A stretch of DNA of 64,000 bases from Ignavibacteria bacterium. Its GTDB lineage: Bacteria; Bacteroidota; Ignavibacteria; Kapaibacteriales; UBA961. The stretch is taken from the NCBI GenBank assembly GCA_016873735.1, contig VGWD01000003.1, positions 36,207-100,206 on the forward strand, read 5' to 3'. This document shows, piece by piece, positions 9,185 through 19,259 of the stretch (the stretch's first letter is position 1; each line of letters starts with the position of its first letter). The notes beneath the pieces are model-generated. The model did not search any database. It was not told where the DNA came from and was given only the letters and a program-made list of their open reading frames with translations. The translations under genes were made by a program, and so were the position numbers.

Positions 9185-10063
9185 ATGAATCTGCATCTGT
9201 TTATTCCGGCCATTGTTTGCTTATTATTGATGGTTGGTTGTTCAAAAGGGCCTAGCTCTGCTGAGTTTCTTTCATTGAAAGCTGAGATGTATTTGCGCTC
9301 AGGTGAAACAGGCAGTGCCCAAAAATATGTCTCTAAAGCTCTTGAGGCTGATCCAAAGCTAATTGAAGCCCACCTTTTACAGAGTAAGGTCTATGTTGTT
9401 GAAAATAAAGCCGATAAGGCTATCGAACAATTAGAGCAAGCTCGCGGAATAGATGCACAAGATCTTGATGTTTTATATTCTCTTGGATTCATGTACACAA
9501 GAAAAGGCTCTTATGACAAAGCCTTGACAGTTTATAATGAGGCAATCACTGTATATCCCGATACCGCGCTTGGCTATAACAATATAGCTGTGACCTATCA
9601 TTCGAAAAAGGATTTCAAGAAGGCAGTCGAGAATTATAAGAAGGCATTGAATATCAATCCTTCATTTGTTGAAGCTCATTATAATATCGGCAATAGTTAT
9701 GCAATGATGGGAAAAATGAAGGAAGCAATTCAATCGTATAATAAATCTGTTGAATTGGATCCTAAATATACTGATGCTTATATAGAACTTTCTTCAGTAT
9801 ATGGAAAATTAGGCAATCAGTCCGAGGCAGGAAATAATGTGGGATTATTTTATTTCTGGAAAGAACAATATGAAAAAGCAGCAAAAGCTTTTGAGGATGT
9901 GATTAAATCAAATCCCAACTATGCAGTTGCTTATAATAATCTTGCAGTCACATATGATAAATTGGGCAATCGCGAATTATCAATGGAAAATTTGAAGAAG
10001 TCAGCTTCACTCGGATATTCACCTGCGATAGAAATTTGCAAGAAAAACAATATCCTTTTTTAA
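9185..10063 (+). CDS. TPR-repeat lipoprotein
   Basis: Lipoprotein signal MNLHLFIPAIVCLLLMVGC, followed by 6-7 TPR units (AxxYxxLG / AYNNLA patterns). The ORF-track start at 8861 overlaps lpxB on the other strand and is rejected. Confidence 0.7.
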   Translation: MNLHLFIPAIVCLLLMVGCSKGPSSAEFLSLKAEMYLRSGETGSAQKYVSKALEADPKLIEAHLLQSKVYVVENKADKAIEQLEQARGIDAQDLDVLYSLGFMYTRKGSYDKALTVYNEAITVYPDTALGYNNIAVTYHSKKDFKKAVENYKKALNINPSFVEAHYNIGNSYAMMGKMKEAIQSYNKSVELDPKYTDAYIELSSVYGKLGNQSEAGNNVGLFYFWKEQYEKAAKAFEDVIKSNPNYAVAYNNLAVTYDKLGNRELSMENLKKSASLGYSPAIEICKKNNILF

Positions 10064-10638
10064 AATGATATGTTCATTCCGATCCCGTTGCTTGTAAATG
10101 AAATGGATTGGATAATCGATTGCAACTGTTTTCCATGATGTGCATTCGCAGCATACAATGCGGCATCGAACAATAAAAGAAATGCACCTTGCAGAATGAT
10201 AGCATTGCCAAATCCACGCAGTCTTGTTTCTTGATCGGATGTTTTTGCTTTTTCACGAAGATAGAAACCACCAACAATATAAGCCAGGTCAAGTCCTGCA
10301 TTCACTGCAAGCAATGTTTCAATTGAATGTTGTTCTGCTATGGTTCCGGACAATGTAGTTGGCATGGACTGGGCAAAATATCCGAAGCCGGCAATCGATG
10401 CATTCACAATGTTCCAGCCGGCATTCATTTGCCAGAAGGCGGAACTCTCACCATGCGTCTGAGTTGAGTTGATTCCGCCAATGATGATATTTGCGAGAGC
10501 CCATGATCCCAAGACCTGCATGCCGGTTTGTTGGATTGAAATCCTTTCCGCATTGAACGTTTGCAGGACGCTATCTCCGGACATGGAGAATAATGGTTGA
10601 GTACAACAACATAACAGGATTATAATGGAGAAATACAT
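10060..10638 (-). CDS. hypothetical membrane protein (uncertain gene)
   Basis: Open frame with hydrophobic, membrane-like segments. Both of its ends overlap neighbouring genes on the opposite strand. Possible starts at 10638 or 10584 collide with the divergent TPR gene start (10625/10637). It may be spurious. Confidence 0.35.
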   Translation of the reverse strand: MYFSIIILLCCCTQPLFSMSGDSVLQTFNAERISIQQTGMQVLGSWALANIIIGGINSTQTHGESSAFWQMNAGWNIVNASIAGFGYFAQSMPTTLSGTIAEQHSIETLLAVNAGLDLAYIVGGFYLREKAKTSDQETRLRGFGNAIILQGAFLLLFDAALYAANAHHGKQLQSIIQSISFTSNGIGMNISF

Positions 10639-11827
10639 GAAGTGTATCCTTGTATTGATGTGTTTGTTTTTTTGTATTGGACAAAACATACTTCTTTCTG
10701 CGTCTGTTCCTTCCGATGTTGCAGATATGAAATACAGAGCGGACTCTCTAAAACGTACTAAATCTTACAATGAAGCATTGCAATTGTATGATTCATTACT
10801 CATTGAAGAGCCGAGTGATATGGATATCATGATCTCGAAAGGCATATGTCAGTCACAGATCGGTGAAATCAATAAAGCACTTGAAACATTCAAAAAAGTA
10901 AAGGACATAGATTCTACAAGCCCATTGCTCTGGAAAAGTATTGGCGATTCTTATCTCTTTGCCAATCTACCTCAATCCGCAATAATATCCTATGTCCGTT
11001 CAATATCACTTAATCCAAACTATTCACAGGCATATTCATCACTGGGCTCAGCTTATCAGAGAATCAATATGAGCGATACTGCCGAGCTAGCATTTAAAAA
11101 AGCGCTGGATATTGATTCAATGAATCATGAGGCCTGGTATAATTGGTCATTATTGCTGAATGCAAATGGTTCTGTTGATCAAGCAATGCAATGTTTGAAA
11201 AGATCCATCGCTGTTAAGCAAGATTTTGCTCCCGCATTCAATAATCTGGGTATGCTATATTATGGAGCCGGTTTTGCAGATAGTGCATTGTCTGCCTTCA
11301 ATGCTGCAATCATACTTGATAAATCAAATTCATATTATTACAATAATGCAGGTCTTGCTTGTTTGGACTTACGAGATACATTGCAAGCATATAATTTCTT
11401 CAAAAATGCATTACGCTATGATTCTGTGAATGTGAAGGCTCTTTTCAATACGGGATTGACTTCATACTTTCTTTTGCAATATAAGGATGGTATTGAGTAT
11501 ATCATGAAAGCTTTGCAATTACAACCTAATGTAGCAGATTATTGGTATACAGTTGGTTTAATTCATGCTGCAAACAATGAACAACACATTGCCTCGGGAT
11601 ATTGGATCCGATGTATGAATTTGGACAGTACCAATTCAAAATATAGCTATGCTATTGGATCCTTATATGATGATTCATCATCCGTCAAAAGAGAATACTA
11701 TACAATTGCTTCCTCTTTAGGTAATGAAAAAGCAAAATTATGGCTTGATGCACATCCTATCATGAAGGAAACCATTCCGGTTGATGAAGTTCCTCAGACA
11801 AAAAAGAAAAAGAAAAAAAAGCGATGA
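10625..11827 (+). CDS. TPR-repeat protein with signal peptide and poly-lysine C-terminus
   Basis: Signal peptide MKCILVLMCLFFCIG, about 9 TPR-like units, and a C-terminal QTKKKKKKKR encoded by an A-rich run. The start may be 10625 or 10637. Confidence 0.7.
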   Translation: MEKYMKCILVLMCLFFCIGQNILLSASVPSDVADMKYRADSLKRTKSYNEALQLYDSLLIEEPSDMDIMISKGICQSQIGEINKALETFKKVKDIDSTSPLLWKSIGDSYLFANLPQSAIISYVRSISLNPNYSQAYSSLGSAYQRINMSDTAELAFKKALDIDSMNHEAWYNWSLLLNANGSVDQAMQCLKRSIAVKQDFAPAFNNLGMLYYGAGFADSALSAFNAAIILDKSNSYYYNNAGLACLDLRDTLQAYNFFKNALRYDSVNVKALFNTGLTSYFLLQYKDGIEYIMKALQLQPNVADYWYTVGLIHAANNEQHIASGYWIRCMNLDSTNSKYSYAIGSLYDDSSSVKREYYTIASSLGNEKAKLWLDAHPIMKETIPVDEVPQTKKKKKKKR

Positions 11828-12267
11828 AATCCAGATTGTTCAAAGAGCGCTATGTGCGAGGATCATTAATCCCTGTGATAACACAAGTGTTATGGAGCAT
11901 TTCTTTCTTATGTTTTTGCTTCGCGCTCTTTTCGATCATTCAGGAATTACGGCATTTGTCGGACAGAAAATCAACAAATGGTGAAGTCATATCCTATATT
12001 GAGTCAGATGAAACCTCTCGTTTCCATCCAAGAATACGTTTCAAGGATCAACAAGGAATTGCCCATGAATTCATTGATGGTACGGGTGCCACTGCTCCTC
12101 TTTATGTTGTAGGTACAATAGTGCAAGTAGATTATCATCCCCAATATCCCAATATCGCAGAAATGACGACTTTATATTATCGTTGGGGCAGTTCCTTTGG
12201 ATTGCTGTGCATGTCTGCCCTTTGTTGGTTCATGGGTTCACGTTTCACCTATAGATTAACAGCATGA
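11824..12267 (+). CDS. DUF3592-family membrane protein
   Basis: TM helix, then a beta-rich core with the DUF3592-like pattern (YxPxIxF..G...F.DGTG...VGTIVQVDYHPQYP), then a second TM helix. ATGA overlaps at both ends (11824-11827 and 12264-12267). Confidence 0.55.
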   Translation: MKSRLFKERYVRGSLIPVITQVLWSISFLCFCFALFSIIQELRHLSDRKSTNGEVISYIESDETSRFHPRIRFKDQQGIAHEFIDGTGATAPLYVVGTIVQVDYHPQYPNIAEMTTLYYRWGSSFGLLCMSALCWFMGSRFTYRLTA

Positions 12268-13688
12268 AATCATTGTATTTCATTGGAATTGCAGGAACAG
12301 CAATGGGAAATCTCGCCATTGCACTTGCTCAACGTGGATTTAAGGTATTCGGTAGTGATACGGGGGTATATCCCCCAATGAGCTCGATGCTTGAGAATAA
12401 TGGTATTGGTTTCGCCACTTTTTTTGATGCCAAACATATCAAAAATTATGTGCCTGATCTTGTTATTATTGGAAATGCAATCAGCAGAGGAAATCCTGAA
12501 GTAGAATATGTTCTGAATGAAAAGATTCCATTCATTTCAATGTCTGAAATGATTCATGATGAGATCATTGGTAATAATGATGCCATCGTAATCACGGGTA
12601 CACATGGTAAGACGACAACATCTTCATTGACTACTACGATATTTGAACATGCAGGAAGAAAACCAGGATTTGTGATTGGAGCAAAACCCGGAAACTTTGA
12701 ATATGGATGCAGGCCAATTCCTGAACAGATGTTTTTATCCGGAACAGGAATATGCATTATCGAAGGTGATGAATATGATACTGCTTTTTGGGATAAAAGA
12801 AGCAAATTCTTTCATTATCCTCCACAGATAGCAGTTATCAATGCAATTGAATATGATCATAGTGATATATTTGCTTCCATTGATGAAATCCTGAAAACAT
12901 TCCGCTTATTTCTAAGACTGATTCCTGAAAAAGGCCTTGTTTTGCTTAATGCAGATGACCCCTTGGCTCTATCAATGAAAGATCATGCTTTTTCTCGAAT
13001 AGAGACATTTTCCACTCTTGGAAAAGGTGATTGGAATGCAACTATAGTCAGTCAAGATAAAGGCGGTACAATCTTCTCGTATCATCATAATGGAATATTG
13101 ATTGATACTGTTATAATTCCAATGATTGGAATGCATAATGTTCGTAATGCATTGGCATCAATTGCATGCTCTCTTCATTCGGGTATATCGAAGAATGACA
13201 TCAACAATGGTTTGAAAGAATTCATCCCACCTAAGAGAAGACTCGAATATCTAGGTGAATGGAAAAAACGTATCGTCATCGATGATTTTGCACATCATCC
13301 TACAGCTATCAAAGAAACATTGCATGCACTACGAAGTGTTTACCCCGAAAAGAACATTCATGCAGTTTTTGAGCCACGATCAAATACAACAACTCGCAAT
13401 ATATTTCAGAAAGAACTCGCTTCGTGTTTTTGGGGTGTGAACTCAATCTTTTTAGGTCCAATTAATAGACCGGAGAGATTTGCTCCTACTGAAAGACTTG
13501 ATGTGGATGCATTACAATATGCATATGAGCAGCAAGGCATATCTGTATTTGCAGTCAAGGAAGATATACCCACATGGGGCACCCATATCATTGACGATTT
13601 GGAGCGGCATACAAAACCAGGTGATATCATTGTGTTGATGAGCAATGGTAATATCGGTACTTTACGTACTCTTTTACTTTCAGTTTAA
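12264..13688 (+). CDS. mpl: UDP-N-acetylmuramate:L-alanyl-gamma-D-glutamyl-meso-diaminopimelate ligase (murein peptide ligase)
   Basis: The N-terminus closely parallels E. coli Mpl (FIGIAGTAMGNLA...GSDTGVYPPMSSMLE...LVIIGNAISRGNPEVE). It has the Mur ligase P-loop GTHGKTTTSS, and at about 474 aa it is Mpl-sized rather than MurC-sized. Confidence 0.8.
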   Translation: MKSLYFIGIAGTAMGNLAIALAQRGFKVFGSDTGVYPPMSSMLENNGIGFATFFDAKHIKNYVPDLVIIGNAISRGNPEVEYVLNEKIPFISMSEMIHDEIIGNNDAIVITGTHGKTTTSSLTTTIFEHAGRKPGFVIGAKPGNFEYGCRPIPEQMFLSGTGICIIEGDEYDTAFWDKRSKFFHYPPQIAVINAIEYDHSDIFASIDEILKTFRLFLRLIPEKGLVLLNADDPLALSMKDHAFSRIETFSTLGKGDWNATIVSQDKGGTIFSYHHNGILIDTVIIPMIGMHNVRNALASIACSLHSGISKNDINNGLKEFIPPKRRLEYLGEWKKRIVIDDFAHHPTAIKETLHALRSVYPEKNIHAVFEPRSNTTTRNIFQKELASCFWGVNSIFLGPINRPERFAPTERLDVDALQYAYEQQGISVFAVKEDIPTWGTHIIDDLERHTKPGDIIVLMSNGNIGTLRTLLLSV

Positions 13689-13704
13689 CAGTACAGTATT
13701 TGTC

Positions 13705-14676
13705 ATGTCAATACAATCATTACCATATAGAGTCCTGCTATACTATAAATATGTGACTATCGAAGATCCCATTCAGGAATGTGAAAAACATCGTGAACTA
13801 TGTAATGCACTTGGTTTGAAAGGTCGTATTCTTTTTGCACATGAAGGGATCAATGGTACTGTTTCAGGAACTATAGAAGCTACGGATGCATATATGAAAC
13901 ATATGCATTCCGATTCACGATTTTCAGATATGTGGTTCAAGATAGATGAAGAAGATCAGCATGTTTTTAGAAAAATGTTTGTTCGCCCCAAAAAAGAATT
14001 GGTAACATTTCGTTTGGAGAAAGATGTTAATCCATTGGAGAAAACCGGTACATATCTCAAACCAAAAGAATGGCGTGAATTAATGGATGATCCGAATGCT
14101 GTTATTATTGATGCACGAACCGATTATGAGTGGGATCTAGGACATTTTGAAGGAGCGATTAGGCCGCCGGTTGATTCCTTCAAAGATTTCCCAATGTGGG
14201 TTCGAGAAAATCTTCCTGCATTGAAAGATAAAAAAGTGATGACCTATTGCACAGGAGGCATTCGTTGTGAGAAATTCTCTGCTTTTCTTTTGCAGGAAGG
14301 ATTCCAAGATGTGTATCAGTTACATGGTGGAATCGTCACATATGGGAAGGATCCTGAAGTCAAAGGCGAGAAATTTGAAGGTATGTGTTATGTCTTTGAT
14401 GAACGCGTTTCCGTACCTGTAAATCATACAGATCATGCTCAGCTTATTTCGCATTGTGTGATTTGCGGAACCCCTACCGATTGGTATGTAAATTGTGCGA
14501 ATTTTGATTGTCATAGACAGCATTTTCAGTGTCCAGATTGCGTTGAAAAAACGCAATGCTCTTGTTCCCCTGCTTGTCAGGAATCACTGAGACATGAATA
14601 TAAAGAACCCTATGCGCAAAAGTTCATGGCTTATAAAAGGGTACCACGCAGAAACCAGAGTGCCGCTGAAAAATAA
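13705..14676 (+). CDS. trhO: rhodanese-domain tRNA uridine(34) hydroxylase TrhO (UPF0176/YceA family)
   Basis: YYKY...HEGINGT... then the rhodanese active-site loop MTYCTGGIRCEK, FDERVSV and a Cys-rich C-terminus. The start is taken at MSIQSLPYR (ATG 13705). The ORF-track start at 13645 overlaps mpl. Confidence 0.8.
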   Translation: MSIQSLPYRVLLYYKYVTIEDPIQECEKHRELCNALGLKGRILFAHEGINGTVSGTIEATDAYMKHMHSDSRFSDMWFKIDEEDQHVFRKMFVRPKKELVTFRLEKDVNPLEKTGTYLKPKEWRELMDDPNAVIIDARTDYEWDLGHFEGAIRPPVDSFKDFPMWVRENLPALKDKKVMTYCTGGIRCEKFSAFLLQEGFQDVYQLHGGIVTYGKDPEVKGEKFEGMCYVFDERVSVPVNHTDHAQLISHCVICGTPTDWYVNCANFDCHRQHFQCPDCVEKTQCSCSPACQESLRHEYKEPYAQKFMAYKRVPRRNQSAAEK

Positions 14677-16010
14677 ATGATGATACCGGTTACATCTACC
14701 AATGTTGCTACAAAAGGTGCTGATGAAGTTGCCGGATCAAAACCAAGTTTTTTCATGAGCAATGGTAGCATCGAGCCACTCAATGTACCCCACATGACTA
14801 CTCCGATTAGTGATGTACCAATCGTCAATCCTATGTGTATGGCTTGATCTCCATAAATTCCCGTCGCCATGGACCAAAGCATGATTCTAAAAAAGCCAAT
14901 ACATCCAAGGATCAATCCGAGCAATAATCCTGAAAAAAATTCTCTTTGAAGAACAAACCACCAATCTTTCAAGCCGATTTCATTGATAGATAGCGCGCGA
15001 ACAATCAAAGTAGCTGCCTGAGAACCGGAGTTTCCGCCACTAGATATGATCAAAGGTAAAAACAATGAAAGTATAACGGCTTTGTCCAATTCTTGTTCAA
15101 AATATGCAAGTGCCGTTGCTGTGAGCATTTCCCCAAGAAACAATAAGATAAGCCAACCGGCTCTTTTCTTTACCATCGCAATGAGTGCAGTTGCATCATA
15201 GGGTTTTTCTAGAGCTTCCATACCCCCGAATTTTTGAAAGTCTTCCGTGGCTTCTTCTTCTTGGATGTCCATAACATCATCAAATGTCACTATTCCAATC
15301 AGAACTCCGGCAGAATCAATCACTGGCAATTCAGAAATATCATATTTCTCCATTACTTGTACTGCTGCTTCCTGATCCTCAAATGCTGATAAAGAAACCA
15401 CGGATCCATCCATCAGTGAAGATATCTTCGCATCAGGATCTGCAAATATGAATGATCTCAATGGGATATCGTCTTGTAAGCAACCACGGGAATCTGTAAT
15501 ATAGATGCGATTGATTGATTCACTTTTCTTCCCATGTGTGCGAATATAGGAGAGACCTTCAGATACGGACCATTCGGCTCTAACAGATAAGAAATCAACG
15601 GTCATTAATCGACCGATGCTTTGCTCCGGATAACCAAGCAAAAATCGGGCTTCTTTTAAATCTTCAGGACTCAGGAGCGATAGCAATCGCTGAGTTATCT
15701 CCGCCGGTAATTCTTCAAGTAAGGTGGTTCTATCATCAGGTGACAATGCAGAAAGCAATTCACGTGTTTCATGATTTGTCAATACTTCAAGCAATGCATC
15801 CTGATCATCGGTTTCCATATAAGAAAACAATTCCGATGATAGGTCACGATCCAGAGATTTAAACAATAGAACTCTGTCACCCGGCTCAAGATCCAGAAGA
15901 AGATCTGCAATTTCGGGTGCCGACCATGAGGACAAAACTTCTCTTAATGCAGTCCAATTTCTGATTGCAATTAGGTCCTGAATATCGGGTTTAAGTAGTT
16001 CTTTCAGCAT
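14631..16010 (-). CDS. mgtE: magnesium transporter MgtE
   Basis: Acidic N-terminal MgtE_N domain, tandem CBS region, and a C-terminal 5-TM MgtE channel domain. The ATG start is at 16010. The ORF-track start at 16037 is TTG. The 3' end overlaps trhO convergently by 46 nt. Confidence 0.85.
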   Translation of the reverse strand: MLKELLKPDIQDLIAIRNWTALREVLSSWSAPEIADLLLDLEPGDRVLLFKSLDRDLSSELFSYMETDDQDALLEVLTNHETRELLSALSPDDRTTLLEELPAEITQRLLSLLSPEDLKEARFLLGYPEQSIGRLMTVDFLSVRAEWSVSEGLSYIRTHGKKSESINRIYITDSRGCLQDDIPLRSFIFADPDAKISSLMDGSVVSLSAFEDQEAAVQVMEKYDISELPVIDSAGVLIGIVTFDDVMDIQEEEATEDFQKFGGMEALEKPYDATALIAMVKKRAGWLILLFLGEMLTATALAYFEQELDKAVILSLFLPLIISSGGNSGSQAATLIVRALSINEIGLKDWWFVLQREFFSGLLLGLILGCIGFFRIMLWSMATGIYGDQAIHIGLTIGTSLIGVVMWGTLSGSMLPLLMKKLGFDPATSSAPFVATLVDVTGIIIYFSAALWFLRGTLL

Positions 16011-16052
16011 AAACCATTTTGATACGATTTGCTGCAAAATACGGAGTTATCG

Positions 16053-17951
16053 TCAGTTTGAGGCCGATTTCTCTGAAAGTTCGAGCCAGCGAACCATGGA
16101 TTCATCCAATATTTGTTGGGTTATTGCTTGTTTTTGGGAGAGATCTTCGAATTGTTTGAAGTCATGAGCAGGTACTTGATGCATCCTTATTTCAAGATCT
16201 TTCAATGCTGATTCTTGTTCTTGAATGGTATGTTCAAGAGCTTCAAATTCTCTTTTCTCATTGAAGGTAAGACCTTTCTTCTTCTGTGATGTTTGTTTAA
16301 TATATTGTTGTTTGGGCTCTGATGGAAGTACTTGCAATGGTCTTGCTTGTTGTTCCACTTTTTCAAGATATGCCGAATAATTTCCGGGATACTCTTTTAT
16401 CTTGTTTTGTTCAAAGGCATAAATTGTTTCTACCGTTCTATCCAAAAATGAGCGATCATGAGATACAATAAGCAAGACACCTTTGAAATATTCCAAATAT
16501 TCTTCCAATGCTGTTAATGTTGCAATATCGAAATCATTGGTAGGTTCATCAAACATCAACACATTGGGATTGCTCATCAATGTCATGAGCATGGCCAAAC
16601 GCCTTTTTTCCCCACCGGATAGTGTATGGACATATGAATGATGTTGCTTAGCTGGAAATTGAAATCGATCCAAGAGTTCCTTCGCAGTGATAAATCGATC
16701 TTTGCCGATTCCGGTATCGATATATTCCGCTATTTCACGGAGATTGCCTATGACTGTCATTTGCTCTTTAAGTGTTTTAACTTCTTGATCAAAATATCCG
16801 ATGCTGACTGTATCACCAATGCTTACATATCCTTCATCAGGTTGCATTCTTCCACTCAAGACATTGAGTAAAGTTGACTTTCCGGCTCCATTTGGACCTA
16901 TGATACCAATACGATCTCCGGGGGCAGCGCGATAGGTGAAATCCTGAAATAAGATATTCTCACTTATCTTCTTCGATATACCAATCGCATCTATGAGTTT
17001 TCCACCAAGAAATTTATTGCCAATCTCGATCTTGATATTTCTAATCTCAGTTTGCTGAGGTTTTTCCTGCATATTGGCAATCCAGTCAATTCTGCTCTTT
17101 TGCTTTGTTCTACGAGCTTTTGCTCCTTTTTGTAACCAAGCAAGTTCTCTTCTCAATGTATTTCTTTCATGTTCTGCCGTAGATTCCTCAATGGCTATTC
17201 TTTGCTCTTTCTTGAGGAGGTAATACTCGAAATTCCCTTCATACGTATAGAGTGAATGATTATCCAATTCGATGATCTTTGTGGATATTGTATCAAGAAA
17301 ATATCGATCATGAGTCACAAGTAAAATAGCTTTGGAATAATCACTTAAATGATCCTGAAGCCATTGTACTGAATCAGCATCCAAGTGATTTGTTGGTTCA
17401 TCCAAAATCAGTAAATCCGGTTCTGATAAGAGAGCTTTTGCAAGTGCAACTCGTTTTTTTTGACCTCCCGAGAGTGAATGCACAGAGCTATGAACATTCT
17501 GGATACCAAGTTTAGTCAATAAAATGATGGCTTGATTATCTAATGTCCAACCATTTTGAAGGTCAATCCTGACTGAAAGTTCATGAATCTCATCTGCAAT
17601 ATCTTTGTCTAAGTTGGATTCTTGAGTCGAACACAATTGTCTATGCAGTTCAAGCATTTCCATGATCTCGGGTTTTCCGGACATCACTGCCTGAATACAT
17701 GTATCATGTGTTTCGAATTGTGGTAATTGGGATAGATAGACAATGTGAACATCTTTTCCTCTTGTGACTATGCCTTCATCGGATTCTTCAATCCCTGCAA
17801 TGATTTTTAACAAGGAACTTTTACCGACTCCGTTTTTCCCAATTATCCCGATTCTTTCTCCTTCCATAATTCCTAAAGATATGGAAGTGAATAATGTCTT
17901 TTCATGATAAGACTTACTGAGTGATTGTGCCGAGAATAGATTTCTAGCCAT
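16053..17951 (-). CDS. ABC-F family ATPase (Uup/EttA-like, two ABC cassettes plus C-terminal coiled coil)
   Basis: Two Walker A motifs (GKNGVGKSS, GPNGAGKST) and two ABC signature motifs (LSGGQKKRVALAKAL, LSGGEKRRLAML). There are no TM segments, and there is a charged inter-domain linker. Confidence 0.85.
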   Translation of the reverse strand: MARNLFSAQSLSKSYHEKTLFTSISLGIMEGERIGIIGKNGVGKSSLLKIIAGIEESDEGIVTRGKDVHIVYLSQLPQFETHDTCIQAVMSGKPEIMEMLELHRQLCSTQESNLDKDIADEIHELSVRIDLQNGWTLDNQAIILLTKLGIQNVHSSVHSLSGGQKKRVALAKALLSEPDLLILDEPTNHLDADSVQWLQDHLSDYSKAILLVTHDRYFLDTISTKIIELDNHSLYTYEGNFEYYLLKKEQRIAIEESTAEHERNTLRRELAWLQKGAKARRTKQKSRIDWIANMQEKPQQTEIRNIKIEIGNKFLGGKLIDAIGISKKISENILFQDFTYRAAPGDRIGIIGPNGAGKSTLLNVLSGRMQPDEGYVSIGDTVSIGYFDQEVKTLKEQMTVIGNLREIAEYIDTGIGKDRFITAKELLDRFQFPAKQHHSYVHTLSGGEKRRLAMLMTLMSNPNVLMFDEPTNDFDIATLTALEEYLEYFKGVLLIVSHDRSFLDRTVETIYAFEQNKIKEYPGNYSAYLEKVEQQARPLQVLPSEPKQQYIKQTSQKKKGLTFNEKREFEALEHTIQEQESALKDLEIRMHQVPAHDFKQFEDLSQKQAITQQILDESMVRWLELSEKSASN

Positions 17952-19128
17952 GATATTCTGCTATTGACTGTGCTGCTGCATGTGCTGAAGACCATGCCCA
18001 TTGAAAATTATATCCACCGAGATGCCCTGTGACATCAACTACTTCACCAATGAAATAGAGCTTGTCGATCAAATTGGACATCATTGATTTTGATGATAAC
18101 TCATGGGTGTTCACTCCTCCGGCAGTTACCTCTGCTTTTGCATATCCTTCATTTCCATAAATTTCAGGACACCAGGATTGAAGATCATGTTTGAAGGACT
18201 CCAATGTTTTTGTTCCATAATGACCAATGGTATCTGTTTGTCCGTGTAAAGTTGTCCATACTTCTGCCAATCGTTTTGGAACAAATTGACCGAGTACTGT
18301 TTTCCATTCGGTTTTAGATGATCGCTCATTCATGGTATCTGCATCAACGTTTGGTATCAAATTGATGATCATCGATGTTTGCTTGTATAGATAAGAGGAG
18401 ATTTGCAAAATCGCAGGTCCGCTCAACCCTTTGTGAGTAAACAGCATTGATTCTTTAAATATTGGACTATCCCCTGCTGAAACTTCAACGGGTAATGAGA
18501 CACCGGCAATATCAGCGCAAGGAAATGCCTCCCGGTCGATGGTAAGCGGTACAAGTGCAGGTCTTGTATCAATGATTGAATGACCGAATTGTTGCGCTAT
18601 TTGATAACCAAGATTTGTAGCTCCCAATGATGGTATCGATAATCCTCCGGTTGCAATGATTACATGTTCAGCTTGATAGGTTCCATTGCTTGTTTCAATT
18701 GTAAAATTCTCAGCTTTTCTGACTGAGTAGACTTTAGTTCCATAGGAAATATCACAATATGATGTATTGCATTCACTAAGCAACATATCAATTACCTCTT
18801 GTGATGAACCATCACAAAATAGTTGACCAAGTGTTTTCTCATGATAGTCGATATTATGGGATTCAATCAAATTGATGAAATGATCGGGTGTATATCTTGA
18901 GAGAGCCGATACAGCGAAATGAGGATTTTCAGAAATGAAATGCTGAGCTTTTACTATGCGATTCGTGAAATTACATCTACCCCCGCCTGAGATGCGTATT
19001 TTCTTTCCGGGTTGAGCATTATGTTCCAATAATGTCACTGATTTATGTTGCTTGCTAAGCAGTCCTGCGCAAAAAAGTCCCGCTGCTCCGGCACCGATGA
19101 TAATGCAATCACTAACGGGAAATTTCAT
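17944..19128 (-). CDS. HI0933/BaiN-family NAD(P)/FAD-binding flavoprotein
   Basis: DCIIIGAGAAGLFCAG dinucleotide-binding motif and the family-typical GGGRCNFTN motif. The ATG start is at 19128. The ORF-track TTG start at 19185 would run into the tRNA gene. Confidence 0.75.
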   Translation of the reverse strand: MKFPVSDCIIIGAGAAGLFCAGLLSKQHKSVTLLEHNAQPGKKIRISGGGRCNFTNRIVKAQHFISENPHFAVSALSRYTPDHFINLIESHNIDYHEKTLGQLFCDGSSQEVIDMLLSECNTSYCDISYGTKVYSVRKAENFTIETSNGTYQAEHVIIATGGLSIPSLGATNLGYQIAQQFGHSIIDTRPALVPLTIDREAFPCADIAGVSLPVEVSAGDSPIFKESMLFTHKGLSGPAILQISSYLYKQTSMIINLIPNVDADTMNERSSKTEWKTVLGQFVPKRLAEVWTTLHGQTDTIGHYGTKTLESFKHDLQSWCPEIYGNEGYAKAEVTAGGVNTHELSSKSMMSNLIDKLYFIGEVVDVTGHLGGYNFQWAWSSAHAAAQSIAEYHG

Positions 19129-19180
19129 GGAGTCAATCTTTGAGAAATCTGATGAACATTGTAAATTCGCAATACTCAAA

Positions 19181-19252
19181 GCCAATTTAGCTCAGTGGTA
19201 GAGCAGCTCACTCGTAATGAGCAGGTCGCCGGTTCAAGTCCGGCAATTGGCT
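19181..19252 (+). tRNA. tRNA-Thr (anticodon CGU); no genomically encoded CCA
   Basis: Hand-folded cloverleaf: 7-bp acceptor stem gccaatt/aattggc, D-arm gctc-agtggta-gagc, anticodon stem gctca/tgagc with loop ctCGTaa, and T-arm gccgg-ttcaagt-ccggc. The discriminator T is followed by 'ca', not CCA. Confidence 0.85.
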
Positions 19253-19259
19253 CAATGCA

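Noticed and set aside
16037-19185. TTG starts reported by the ORF track for mgtE (16037), the flavoprotein (19185), lpxK (7397) and the giant surface protein (55507)
   Set aside because: In each case an in-frame ATG lies a few codons downstream and gives a canonical N-terminus. The 19185 start would also overlap the tRNA-Thr gene.
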